Origin: Gloeobacterales cyanobacterium
GTDB lineage: Bacteria; Cyanobacteriota; Cyanobacteriia; Gloeobacterales; PMM-0068
Direction: 5' to 3'
Assembly (NCBI GenBank): GCA_038245785.1
Contig: JBBRSB010000006.1
Location: 64,001-128,000 of the forward strand
Length of the DNA stretch: 64,000 bases
Made by a program: the position numbers and the translations under genes. The notes beneath the pieces are model-generated. The model was not told the origin of the DNA and made no database searches. It saw only the letters and a program-made list of their open reading frames with translations. Below are positions 9,850 through 19,107 of this stretch, in pieces (the stretch's first letter is position 1; every line of letters begins with the position of its first letter).

Positions 9850-11517
9850 ATGAGCAGTAAAGCAGTATGGAGACGAGTGAGGAGTAGAGCCTATCTACCT
9901 ACACTCCTAAGTCTAGGATTAATAATCTTTCCGCTGACCCTACCCATCCAGGCGCAACCAAAAGGCCCCGTGGGAAAAACGACTGGGCAAACGGGAAAAA
10001 CAGAACAAGAAAAGGTCAATTTCAATTGGACCAAGCCCTACGCGCAGGCACTCCAGCAAAAGAAGAACTTATCCATCCTTAGCGATCCACTAGGAAAGAC
10101 GTTAAGCCGCATTGAGTTGACCAACTGGCTAACCCAAGCCTTTGACTTAAAACCCGTTCGCACTAAGACCGTCCCCCTCAAAGACCTAGAAAAAGACAGT
10201 CCTGACTATTGGAATGCTCAGGCTGTAGTCCAAAGCGGTTTGCTCACAGCTCCTGATGGCAAATTTGACCCCAAAGCAGACTTGACCCGTCTAGAAACGC
10301 TAGCACTCATCAGTCGGGCCCTTAAGTTAGAAGCCCCTGACGCAGAGATTGCAGATTCCTGGCTCAAGCTATACAAAGACAATCGAGACATTCCCAAGGA
10401 GGGAAGAGACTTTGTGGCGGCTTCAGCCCAAGCAGGTTTAATTGTTAGCTATCCAAACGCCGATGTCTTGGGGCCAGATGATGTGCTGACCCGTGGAGAA
10501 GCCGCCGTTATTGTGCATCAAGCTCTTGTATACAAGAAAGAGCTACCTGAAATTGAGCCGCCCGTAGCTCAGAAAAAACTAGACCGCCCAAAGATCACTG
10601 CCATCAAAGTCAGCCCCGAGTCTAATGCTCTTCCAGGGCAACAGATTGTGATTACCGCTGAAGGTACTCCGCAAGCAAAGGCCACCTTCAACTTTGCAGA
10701 CTTTGTGAGTGACCAACCGATGACAGAGGTCAGCGCTGGAGTTTACCGTGGGGTCTATGTAGTTCGGCGAGGAGATGACATTGTCAATCCTTCCATAGAA
10801 GTCTCTCTAGCTCATAGTGGCGTTACAACCCGTGCTCAAAAGGTTGCCAATCTAGCTCTAGGCGATAGTGAACCTGTCCGGTCTGCCCAGAGCGCTAGCC
10901 CCGTCCCATCCCAGAACACGCCTGATGGTCCAGGGACAGAGCCTCCTGATCTTGCCAATGGTCCTAATAGGCCAAGACAGGGGCCCCAAGATCCTTTAGA
11001 TAACGAACCAGCCCCCTCATCATCACTCCCTCCGCTTGCCTCTTCCCCTACTCAGAGTCCGAGTACTACGCCAACCCAGCCCAGCACCGCACCCCCACGG
11101 CTATCCAAATCCAACACTACGTTACGACCACTGAAGAAAGGCACTCCGGCCCGACGCAACACAGATCCAGACCTAGCTCCCTATTCCGCGCCTGCCCGTG
11201 GCATCCCCTTTGAACTAGGACCGCGTATTGCCCAAGTCGGATACAATCCAGCCGGACGGGTCTTCTTCCCAGGAGACCTTCTGGAAGTCAATGTTCAAGG
11301 AGATCCAGGAAGTCAAGCATATTTCAAAATTGTTGGCTTTACGGCTGAAGTAAAAATGCAAGAGGTTGCCCCCGGTTATTACGAGGGTAAAGTCAGAATT
11401 GGAGAGCGGCTAGAAGTCCCTGAGGGAACCATCCAAGTTGCGTTGGAAAAAAATGGAATCCGCTCATACGGGCGGATTCAAGAACCAATCACGATTGTCA
11501 GTGGGCGCATTCGTTAG
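9850..11517 (+). CDS. Exported S-layer homology domain protein with two beta-rich repeats and a Pro/Ser/Thr linker
   Basis: Signal peptide; SLH-like LTRLE and LTRGEAA motifs; two copies of PG..G.P...A.F....M.EV..G.Y.G. Confidence 0.75.
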   Translation: MSSKAVWRRVRSRAYLPTLLSLGLIIFPLTLPIQAQPKGPVGKTTGQTGKTEQEKVNFNWTKPYAQALQQKKNLSILSDPLGKTLSRIELTNWLTQAFDLKPVRTKTVPLKDLEKDSPDYWNAQAVVQSGLLTAPDGKFDPKADLTRLETLALISRALKLEAPDAEIADSWLKLYKDNRDIPKEGRDFVAASAQAGLIVSYPNADVLGPDDVLTRGEAAVIVHQALVYKKELPEIEPPVAQKKLDRPKITAIKVSPESNALPGQQIVITAEGTPQAKATFNFADFVSDQPMTEVSAGVYRGVYVVRRGDDIVNPSIEVSLAHSGVTTRAQKVANLALGDSEPVRSAQSASPVPSQNTPDGPGTEPPDLANGPNRPRQGPQDPLDNEPAPSSSLPPLASSPTQSPSTTPTQPSTAPPRLSKSNTTLRPLKKGTPARRNTDPDLAPYSAPARGIPFELGPRIAQVGYNPAGRVFFPGDLLEVNVQGDPGSQAYFKIVGFTAEVKMQEVAPGYYEGKVRIGERLEVPEGTIQVALEKNGIRSYGRIQEPITIVSGRIR

Positions 11518-11529
11518 AAAGCAAAGGCT

Positions 11530-11799
11530 CTAACGGCGCAGACCAAGACGCTCAACAATCTTCTGGTACCGAGGAGTATCCATTTTGGCAACGTAGCCGA
11601 GTAACTGCTTACGCTGGCTGATGATTTTCAGTAGACCTCGCCGAGAAGCAAAGTCTTTTGGATTGACACGCAGGTGCTGGGTCAATTGGGTGATGCGTTC
11701 TGTGAGCATCGCAACCTGAACTTCAGGAGACCCCGTATCCGTACTGTGGGTCTTGAAGCCTTCAATCAGTTCTTGTTTTTTTTCTTGAGTCAGGGCCAT
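11530..11799 (-). CDS. rpsO: 30S ribosomal protein S15
   Basis: DTGSPEVQVAMLTERI, KDFASRRGLL. Confidence 0.98.
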   Translation of the reverse strand: MALTQEKKQELIEGFKTHSTDTGSPEVQVAMLTERITQLTQHLRVNPKDFASRRGLLKIISQRKQLLGYVAKMDTPRYQKIVERLGLRR

Positions 11800-11845
11800 A
11801 GATTCGGTCTGTTAGTTAAAGACACAGTATATAAAAATACCACAG

Positions 11846-12259
11846 TTAAGCGCCCAAAGCACCGAAGCTCGTGGTTATCAACCCGGCAATACAGGTCATA
11901 CTCCCCGCCCACATCAAGGACCGGACCAAGGGAATATTTATGATGTAGCAGAGGCTATAGGCTACCCGTGTAGCCAGAAAAGCAAGGGCAAGATTGGTTG
12001 TATAACTAGAGCCCGTTTGCGTGGTGTAGACCATAAGCGCAGCCGCTGCAAAAAACATAAAGACTTCGAAAGAGTTTTGGTGTGCCCACGTAGCCCGCTG
12101 TGCATAGGCCGGCAATTTATCAAACAGCGATCGAGGAGCACTCATGTCATACCCCACCTGGAAACGGCCAAAGGCAACGAACAGATAGGGGAAGTAGACC
12201 AACAAAGCCGCCGCAGCGATGGAGTACAAAAGAACCTGGGCAGGCAAAAAGGTCATCAC
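11846..12259 (-). CDS. MAPEG family protein
   Basis: RATWAHQNSFE motif; four TM helices. Confidence 0.85.
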   Translation of the reverse strand: MMTFLPAQVLLYSIAAAALLVYFPYLFVAFGRFQVGYDMSAPRSLFDKLPAYAQRATWAHQNSFEVFMFFAAAALMVYTTQTGSSYTTNLALAFLATRVAYSLCYIINIPLVRSLMWAGSMTCIAGLITTSFGALGA

Positions 12260-12292
12260 GCTATCTCTACTAATCTATTAAGAATTGTAACT

Positions 12293-12318
12293 AAAAAGAG
12301 GGGGCTTAACACCCCCTC
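12293..12318 (-). terminator. Intrinsic terminator of psbA
   Basis: GAGGGGG/CCCCCTC stem followed by T5 on the minus strand, about 25 nt after the psbA stop. Confidence 0.75.
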
Positions 12319-12343
12319 GATCTATGAGCTTGTGGTAAAAATT

Positions 12344-13406
12344 TTAGCTAGCAACTTCAGAAGATGGGCCAGAAGCCAAGTCTAGAGGGAAATTGTGTAC
12401 ATTCCGCTCGTGCATGACTTCGATCCCCAGATTTGCTCGGTTCACAACGTCCGCCCAGGTTTAAATTACACGCCCCTGAGGATCAACAATACTGGTATTG
12501 AAATTAAACCCATTTAGGTTAAAGCCCATAATGCTAATACCCAAGGACGTCGCCCAAATTCCAACCACAGGCCAAGCTGCCAATGCAAAGTGTAGAGATC
12601 GGCTGTTGTTGAAAGACGCATATTGGAAGATCAAGCGCCCAAAATAGCCGTGAGCTGCCACGATGTTGTAGGTTTCTTCTTCTTGACCGAACTTGTAGCC
12701 GTTACTTTGAGACTCTTCATAAGTCGTCTCTTTGATCAAAGAAGAAGTTACCAAAGAACCATGCATTGCACTAAATAGAGCTCCACCGAAAACACCAGCA
12801 ACCCCTAGCATATGCAGTGGGTGATTCAAAATGTTGTGCTCTGCCTGGAAAATAAACATGAAGTTAAACGTTCCAGAAATTCCCAAGGGCATCGCATCAG
12901 AAAAAGAACCTTGACCGATTCGGATAGATTAAAAACACTGCCGTTGCTGCTGCTACTGGAGCAGAGTAAGCAATGCAAATCCAAGGACGCAGACCTAAGC
13001 GATAGCTCAGTTCCCATTCACGACCCAGATAACAAAAAATCCCAATCAAAAAGTGGAAGATAATTAACTGATATGGCCCACCGTTATAAAGCCATTCATC
13101 CATGCTGGAAGCTTCCCAGAGGGGGTAGAAGTGCAAACCAATCGCATTGGAAGAGGGAATAACATTCCCTGTGATTATATTATTGCCGTAGAGCAAACTT
13201 CCAGAGATCGGCTCACGGATTCCATCCATATCAACAGGAGGAGCTGCAATGAAAGCAATCACAAAACAGATCGTTGCCGTGAGGAGTGTAGGGATCATCA
13301 AAACGCCAAACCAGCCAACATACAAACGGTTATCTGTAGAAGTGATCCAGTTAGCAAATTGTTCCCATAGTCCAGGACCAGAGCGGCGCTGTAATACAGT
13401 CGTCAT
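12344..13406 (-). pseudogene. psbA: Photosystem II D1 protein gene interrupted by a +1 frameshift (~12920) and an in-frame TAA (12461-12463)
   Basis: The pieces join to a 353-aa D1: ...LIYP[+A][13 protein letters not shown]...[43 protein letters not shown]. Confidence 0.9.
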
Positions 13407-13688
13407 ACTGAATACCTTAAGACTAGAGTGGATACTCCTGTTGTAGCTAAAGTCAGACCGCTCTGGGTAGAGGAGAAGCATCAAAGAATTTTATGAAATC
13501 GATTGACTTCTTCTAGGACATTTATCAAGTTCACACCGAAACATACAGTTAATCCCACAAAGCTCATCGGTCTTATTAGTTTTACTTATACATCGAAAAT
13601 CTTTACAGCATTTAATCATAGATAGAGCCTGTCCAGATAGTTGTCCACACGCCTTATTATTGAGTACGCCGATACAGGAGTTAGTGGA

Positions 13689-14303
13689 ATGACCAGTGAA
13701 GTAAAAACGGTGTCTGGACGAGGTATTCCCCTCATTGGTAATGATATTGATACAGACCGGATCATTCCTGCTCGTTTTCTGCGTTGCATAACCTTCGATG
13801 GACTAGGCGCAGAAGTATTTGCGGACGATCGTAAGGCGCTAGCAGGGAAGCACCCCTTTGACCAGCCTCAGTACCAAGGAGCCAGCATTCTGGTAGTTAA
13901 CCGAAACTTTGGTTGTGGATCCAGTCGAGAACACGCACCCCAAGCCATCGCTAAATGGGGCATTCAGGCACTGATTGGCGAGAGCTTTGCTGAAATATTT
14001 TTTGGCAACTGTGTGGCAATGGGTATCCCCTGCTTGACGGCGAATTCCGGCACGGTTGAATATCTACAAAGCTCCCTGGCAAAAAACCCTCAAACGCCTA
14101 TCCAGATAGACCTCATAGCGATGCAGGCCCATTGTGGTGACTTCCATGCTCCTGTATTTATGAGCGAAGGACCACGAAACATGTTTACGGAAGGGACCTG
14201 GGATGCCTGTGGACAGCTAGTGGCCCAAGCCAAGCAAGTCCGAGCAACAGCCTCAGCGCTTCCCTATATAGCTTGGAATAGTTTGAGCTCACTGGAGGGT
14301 TGA
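13689..14303 (+). CDS. leuD: 3-isopropylmalate dehydratase small subunit
   Basis: [34 protein letters not shown]. Confidence 0.96.
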   Translation: MTSEVKTVSGRGIPLIGNDIDTDRIIPARFLRCITFDGLGAEVFADDRKALAGKHPFDQPQYQGASILVVNRNFGCGSSREHAPQAIAKWGIQALIGESFAEIFFGNCVAMGIPCLTANSGTVEYLQSSLAKNPQTPIQIDLIAMQAHCGDFHAPVFMSEGPRNMFTEGTWDACGQLVAQAKQVRATASALPYIAWNSLSSLEG

Positions 14304-14364
14304 AGCTATTACCTTGTTCATGAGAAGTAGTGCTGCAGATATCCAAATCCAATCAGAACCAAGT

Positions 14365-14910
14365 ATGAATACAAGAGGATTTACGCTCGTTGAACTTTTA
14401 ATTGTGGCTGTAATCGTAGGAATTTTAGCTTCTATAGCTCTACCGAATTTTGGTCTCTTGCGAGATAAAGAGAATGTCCGAACTGTAGCTACACAATTTG
14501 CCAAAGATGTTGAACAACAGCGAAGTTTAGCGCGCACTGAAAACAAAAGAAGAATTATTAAAGTTCTATCTGCAGATACAACTGCTTATTTTGCGGGCCC
14601 TTGCGCCGATGATAGCTGTACGGCAACAAGCCCTGATATGGTTACTGCTAATACAGGCAATAATGTCAAAGTTCTCTCTGCTAGTAGCATTTATCCAATA
14701 GTTCTATCATTTTCTCCGCCCTATGGAATTGCCGATAACGATAATGATGCAGGCACTACATTTAGCCTGCAAAAATTTGTATTCTTTATAGAAAAAAGCA
14801 GAACAAGTAACTCTCTTACTCAGAATTCTATCTGTACGATGAGAGAGATTATAGAACCCTGCCGTGCTGTTCATATAGTAGGGAATTTAGGGAAAGTAAT
14901 AGTGAAATGA
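14365..14910 (+). CDS. Type IV pilin-like protein (FimT/GspH-like)
   Basis: Class III signal [11 protein letters not shown] with Glu at +5; paired Cys residues. Confidence 0.85.
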   Translation: MNTRGFTLVELLIVAVIVGILASIALPNFGLLRDKENVRTVATQFAKDVEQQRSLARTENKRRIIKVLSADTTAYFAGPCADDSCTATSPDMVTANTGNNVKVLSASSIYPIVLSFSPPYGIADNDNDAGTTFSLQKFVFFIEKSRTSNSLTQNSICTMREIIEPCRAVHIVGNLGKVIVK

Positions 14911-15668
14911 AAAGAAACTGTTCTGGTTTTACTTTAGTCGAACTTCTAGTTGCTGCATCTATGGTAGGTATTCTTTCTATTGGTCTTGCGATTATCAGTG
15001 TCACTGCTCTGAGCGCAACGGCTGGAAACAAGCAAACAGCTGAAGCTTTAAATGAAATGAGAATAGCAAATAGTTATATAGCCGATAATATAAGACAAGG
15101 AAACTATATTTATCCCATCGGTTCTATCAGTCTGAATGGCTCTGGATGCAAAATTGATAACCGTTGCTTAGTCTTCACAAGACCTCACGCCGAAAATGGA
15201 GCCATAGCAAAATGCCTACTCATTATTTATAAGTTTGACAGCCGAGCTAAATTAGGTGATGACTTCAAAGTCACATTACCGTCAGCAGACTCTACTTGGG
15301 CTGATAAAAATACTTGGTATTTAGGTGAGCACCAAAATAGATATGACAAGGACAGTGATGACATGTGCATCGGAAATAGACCGTCCACCATAATAGGTAC
15401 GCCACAGGTCATCCTTGATTACGTTGCCCGTAGTGATGGCCATGCGGGTGGTCCTATTTATCAGCTTTTTACGATACATCCAGCTGCCCCGGCTGTGCCT
15501 ACACGGGTAACGCTACAGCTCCGTCAAGCCCGACAATTTGGGAACAAGGTTATCTACATTCCTGCAAGTGCGGCTGCGCTAGAAATACACCCCAATGCAA
15601 CGTCAACTGAAAAATCAGGGGAAGCAGGTTTCTTGGAAACTACCGTGACGCTACGAAATGCTTCATAG
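14907..15668 (+). CDS. Type IV minor pilin-like protein (PilW/GspJ-like)
   Basis: [12 protein letters not shown]-terminal [11 protein letters not shown] overlap with the upstream pilin. Confidence 0.8.
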   Translation: MKRNCSGFTLVELLVAASMVGILSIGLAIISVTALSATAGNKQTAEALNEMRIANSYIADNIRQGNYIYPIGSISLNGSGCKIDNRCLVFTRPHAENGAIAKCLLIIYKFDSRAKLGDDFKVTLPSADSTWADKNTWYLGEHQNRYDKDSDDMCIGNRPSTIIGTPQVILDYVARSDGHAGGPIYQLFTIHPAAPAVPTRVTLQLRQARQFGNKVIYIPASAAALEIHPNATSTEKSGEAGFLETTVTLRNAS

Positions 15669-16367
15669 TGGATTGGAAGCTTTTTGTAGTTCAAGCAACT
15701 CTGATATTCCTGTAGTGGCTAAGCCTAACAGAGTATCCAACGCAGGACGTTCCAAGGGGGCTTCTTCTGCAGTAGCTTGAATCTCAATAAGAGTGAGTTC
15801 TTGCGTCATTACCACATTCATATCTACTTCTGCTGCGACATCTTCTTCATAGCAGAGATCTAAGTGAGCAACCCCCTCAATAGTGCCAAGAGAAATGGCT
15901 GCAACTTGTGTTTTTAATGCCTGCATCAGCCCTAAGCTTTCTAAGGTATCCCGCAAAGCAACCCATCCTCCGGTAATCGCTGCGGTACGAGTCCCTCCAT
16001 CGGCTTGAAGGACATCACAATCTAAAGTTAGGGTGCGAGAACCTAAAGCCTTTAGATCCACAGCCATGCGCAAAGAACGACCAATTAGGCGCTGAATTTC
16101 CTGTGTGCGGCCCGAAGGTTTTCCAGTTTCTCGTCTAGCCCTACCTCTCGGGGTAGAGCCAGGGAGCATGCTGTACTCCGCAGTGAGCCAACCTTGAGCG
16201 GTGTTCTTCAAAAAATCAGGCACCTTCTCTTCTACGGAGCATGTGCACAAAACCCAAGTATTGCCCACCGTGACGAGAACAGACCCAGGCGTAAAACGGG
16301 TGTAGTGACGCTCAAAACGAATCGGTCTTAGCTGATCAAGTTTGCGGCCATCGATACGGGAAGCCAT
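15663..16367 (-). CDS. rph: Ribonuclease PH
   Basis: [43 protein letters not shown]. Confidence 0.97.
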   Translation of the reverse strand: MASRIDGRKLDQLRPIRFERHYTRFTPGSVLVTVGNTWVLCTCSVEEKVPDFLKNTAQGWLTAEYSMLPGSTPRGRARRETGKPSGRTQEIQRLIGRSLRMAVDLKALGSRTLTLDCDVLQADGGTRTAAITGGWVALRDTLESLGLMQALKTQVAAISLGTIEGVAHLDLCYEEDVAAEVDMNVVMTQELTLIEIQATAEEAPLERPALDTLLGLATTGISELLELQKASNPL

Positions 16368-16457
16368 GGGAAACGTCTTAAGAATCAGCCGCTAGCTTAC
16401 CGCACCCCATTACTTTTGATACGGGTAAATTTTACTCCTAAGTTCAAAGGGAACTTT

Positions 16458-16772
16458 CTAACGTCTTTCTTGGAGCTGACGGACCTGATACTCTAGCTGT
16501 TCAACCCTATTTTTGAGTGCTTCTACATCACTATTTTCAGGCACTCCAATATCTTTGAGAGTCGCCCGTAAGCGACGTTGGAACTGATCCTCAAAATTTC
16601 CCTGCTCTTCTTTTAATCGAAACAGCATATCGTCCAGAAATTCTTTGGCATCTGTCTGATTGAGGCGACCATCTTTAACCCAATCATCCAGCGTTTTCTG
16701 CAGTCTATCGACCATCATGTTGGTGGTTTCCAGACCAAGCATTAACAGTTGGCGTAAAAGTGGATTTTGCAT
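16458..16772 (-). CDS. Phasin-like coiled-coil protein
   Basis: LLMLGL..DDWVKDGRLNQTDAKEF..DVEALKNRVEQLE pattern. Confidence 0.7.
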   Translation of the reverse strand: MQNPLLRQLLMLGLETTNMMVDRLQKTLDDWVKDGRLNQTDAKEFLDDMLFRLKEEQGNFEDQFQRRLRATLKDIGVPENSDVEALKNRVEQLEYQVRQLQERR

Positions 16773-16832
16773 AATTATTCTCTCTCTAGTGCGTTCTCTG
16801 TCTCTAGACTAGCGAAATTTAGATGGGCTTAT

Positions 16833-18851
16833 CTAGCGGACCTCTTTCAGCACCAACAGATCTTGCCTTGGGTCTATTTGGACGACCTTGAGGTCTACCA
16901 TTTCGCCCCGACTGACGGCCCGGTCGAAACGGACGGGCAAACGGATGCCAATTTGCTCTAGAAGCACCACCCCTCGGTGAGAATCCCCTCCAGCCCAATC
17001 TAAAACTAATGCGGGCTGACGCGTATCAGGTTCACGAGCAATATATTCCAAAAGCCAGTAACGCACGGTCTGACGCTCCAGTTGCGTTGCTTCATAGCAG
17101 GCACTTTCCACAGGAGCCAAGAGGATACGTAATTGCTCTGCATCAAAAGGCAGAGGCTCTCCTCGCAAATGTGCCTTGATTTGATAATGGACGACTAAGT
17201 CGCTATATCGACGAATGGGAGAGGTGGCCTGAGCATAGGCGGCAAGACCAAGTCCCCCATGGGAAGCTGGGCTAATGCTGGTCTCTCCTCGTTGCATACA
17301 GCGACAAAGGACATAATCCCGCACAGGACCGAGCGGAAGTTGGTCAATCTCTTCTTTCGGTGGGAGCTGGGGTTGAGGCTGGGCTCGGTAGGGAATCGGA
17401 ATATTTTCTCGCTGAGCATAACGAGCCGTAACTTCTCCGACTAGAATCATCATTTCCGAAACCAGAAGTCGAGAAGGACTCTCTGTTAAAACCTCCAAGC
17501 TAAGTTTGTTACTCTCTTCTTGGACTTTAATTTGAGATTCCGGCATGTCAATTTGAACAGCGCCCAAGTCCAATCGATACTGTCGGCGTTTTCTGGCCCA
17601 CTGATATAGCTTTTCCAGCGTTGGCTCTGAGCCAGTTTCTAAAAGTTCATCCACTTCCGGGTAATCAATGCGATAGATCGTCCGCAGCAGGGTAGGCATG
17701 ATTTCGTAGTTCAGGATCTCTCCCGTATTGGAGAGCTGAATGGCAAAGCTAAGACCGCAGTTATCCCGTCCCGCCACCAAACTCATCGGTCCTGTAGCCA
17801 GTTCAGGGGGGAACATAGGCAAGACTTTCTCAGGAAGATAAACACTGGTACCGCGTGCTCTGACTTCTCGGTCTAAGACGCTATCAGGGAATATCCATCG
17901 GCTCGGGTCTGCCACATGGACCCAAATCCATTCAGTTCCGTCAGGTCGTTGCTCCACACTTAGTCCGTCGTCTACTTCTTGGGTAGATTCATCGTCAATG
18001 GTGTAGACCGGCAGGGTCCTTAGGTCACGACGAGCAGTTTGATCCTTGTCCAGAGGAGGATTTTCCAAGAGCTTCTGAGCTTCGGCCAGAACTTCCTCTG
18101 AAAAAGTTTGGGGAATCTGAGAGCGTAAGAGAAATAGATTTTCATGAGCATTCCAATGCCCTAATTCCACCAAAAGCCGGAACGCATCTTGGGGCTCTTC
18201 CTTGCGACCTAAAATACGTAGCGTCTCTTGCGCCATGCGGTAGTCCGGGGATTCCTGTTGCCAGAGAACCCAGCGCTCCAAAGCGGTCAGGCGGGGTATA
18301 TCTATTTCTCGGTCCCAATCCAAATTTTCTGCATCTTTTGAACCAGGGATTCCCGATAGGCGACGACGAATTTTTTGGACAAAAGCTTCTTGGATACGCG
18401 TTTTTTCGGCGGCGGCGGCCAACTGATGTCGGATTTCATCCACCTGTTCACGGGGCCGCGCTTCGTAGACTTCTCCTTTTTGCTTAAAGTACAGTCTGTC
18501 CTCCGCTAAAAGACGGTGGGCACTATACGTAGCTACGGGGGTTTGTTCGCCAAAGAGAAGTTGGGCTAAGTCCTTGGGGGCTGTGGGTTCATGGGTATCC
18601 ACAAGAATTTCCCAAGCCACTTCTAGATCGGTAGCGCTGATGTATTCTTGGCTGACAGACTCCATTTGAGGAATATCTTGCAGATTGTAGGGCCCCTCGG
18701 GCCATTCAAACGTGACTTGGCGGGGATGAACCCGATGAATGTGTCCCGTTGCTGTCTGCAGACACCAATTTTTTTTGCCATCTGGCCCTGTAATCACGGC
18801 TAGGAGCCGCTCTCCCTGCAGACGAAATTCAACTAATGCGCCCTTATCCAT
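16833..18851 (-). CDS. Ribonuclease II/R family (RNB domain)
   Basis: TIDDESTQEVDDGLS, VHVADP, RGTSVYLP, TSPIRRYSDL. Confidence 0.93.
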   Translation of the reverse strand: MDKGALVEFRLQGERLLAVITGPDGKKNWCLQTATGHIHRVHPRQVTFEWPEGPYNLQDIPQMESVSQEYISATDLEVAWEILVDTHEPTAPKDLAQLLFGEQTPVATYSAHRLLAEDRLYFKQKGEVYEARPREQVDEIRHQLAAAAEKTRIQEAFVQKIRRRLSGIPGSKDAENLDWDREIDIPRLTALERWVLWQQESPDYRMAQETLRILGRKEEPQDAFRLLVELGHWNAHENLFLLRSQIPQTFSEEVLAEAQKLLENPPLDKDQTARRDLRTLPVYTIDDESTQEVDDGLSVEQRPDGTEWIWVHVADPSRWIFPDSVLDREVRARGTSVYLPEKVLPMFPPELATGPMSLVAGRDNCGLSFAIQLSNTGEILNYEIMPTLLRTIYRIDYPEVDELLETGSEPTLEKLYQWARKRRQYRLDLGAVQIDMPESQIKVQEESNKLSLEVLTESPSRLLVSEMMILVGEVTARYAQRENIPIPYRAQPQPQLPPKEEIDQLPLGPVRDYVLCRCMQRGETSISPASHGGLGLAAYAQATSPIRRYSDLVVHYQIKAHLRGEPLPFDAEQLRILLAPVESACYEATQLERQTVRYWLLEYIAREPDTRQPALVLDWAGGDSHRGVVLLEQIGIRLPVRFDRAVSRGEMVDLKVVQIDPRQDLLVLKEVR

Positions 18852-18983
18852 ACCACCTCAGCATCCAGCCATGGACGTTCTATTTTCCGCTAAAAGATCA
18901 CTCAATGGCCACTAACAGTAATATGGATCGAGAGGGGTCTTGCAGCCTTGTTTCGTGCTGGTTTAATTTGAAGGCAGCTTATG

Positions 18984-19010
18984 TTAGCACTTCATCAAGT
19001 CAGTTGCTAA
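18984..19010 (+). promoter_or_regulatory. CIRCE-like HrcA operator upstream of dnaK
   Basis: TTAGCACTT-N9-AGTTGCTAA versus consensus TTAGCACTC-N9-GAGTGCTAA; about 100 nt before the dnaK start. Confidence 0.7.
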
Positions 19011-19107
19011 AGCTAGACTCAATATGCTTAGGTGGAATAAAGGACGGGTTTTCCCGGCGAGCCTAATTGTACCCTAGAAAAAGGACTCGAAAAGAGGTGC
19101 TAGACGC

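Noticed and set aside
12461..12463. Stop-codon reassignment to explain in-frame TAA/TGA codons
   Set aside because: TAA and TGA terminate many intact genes in the window
12344..13406. psbA as rogue D1 or chlorophyll f synthase
   Set aside because: All Mn4CaO5 ligands and the DLA processing site are present after repair
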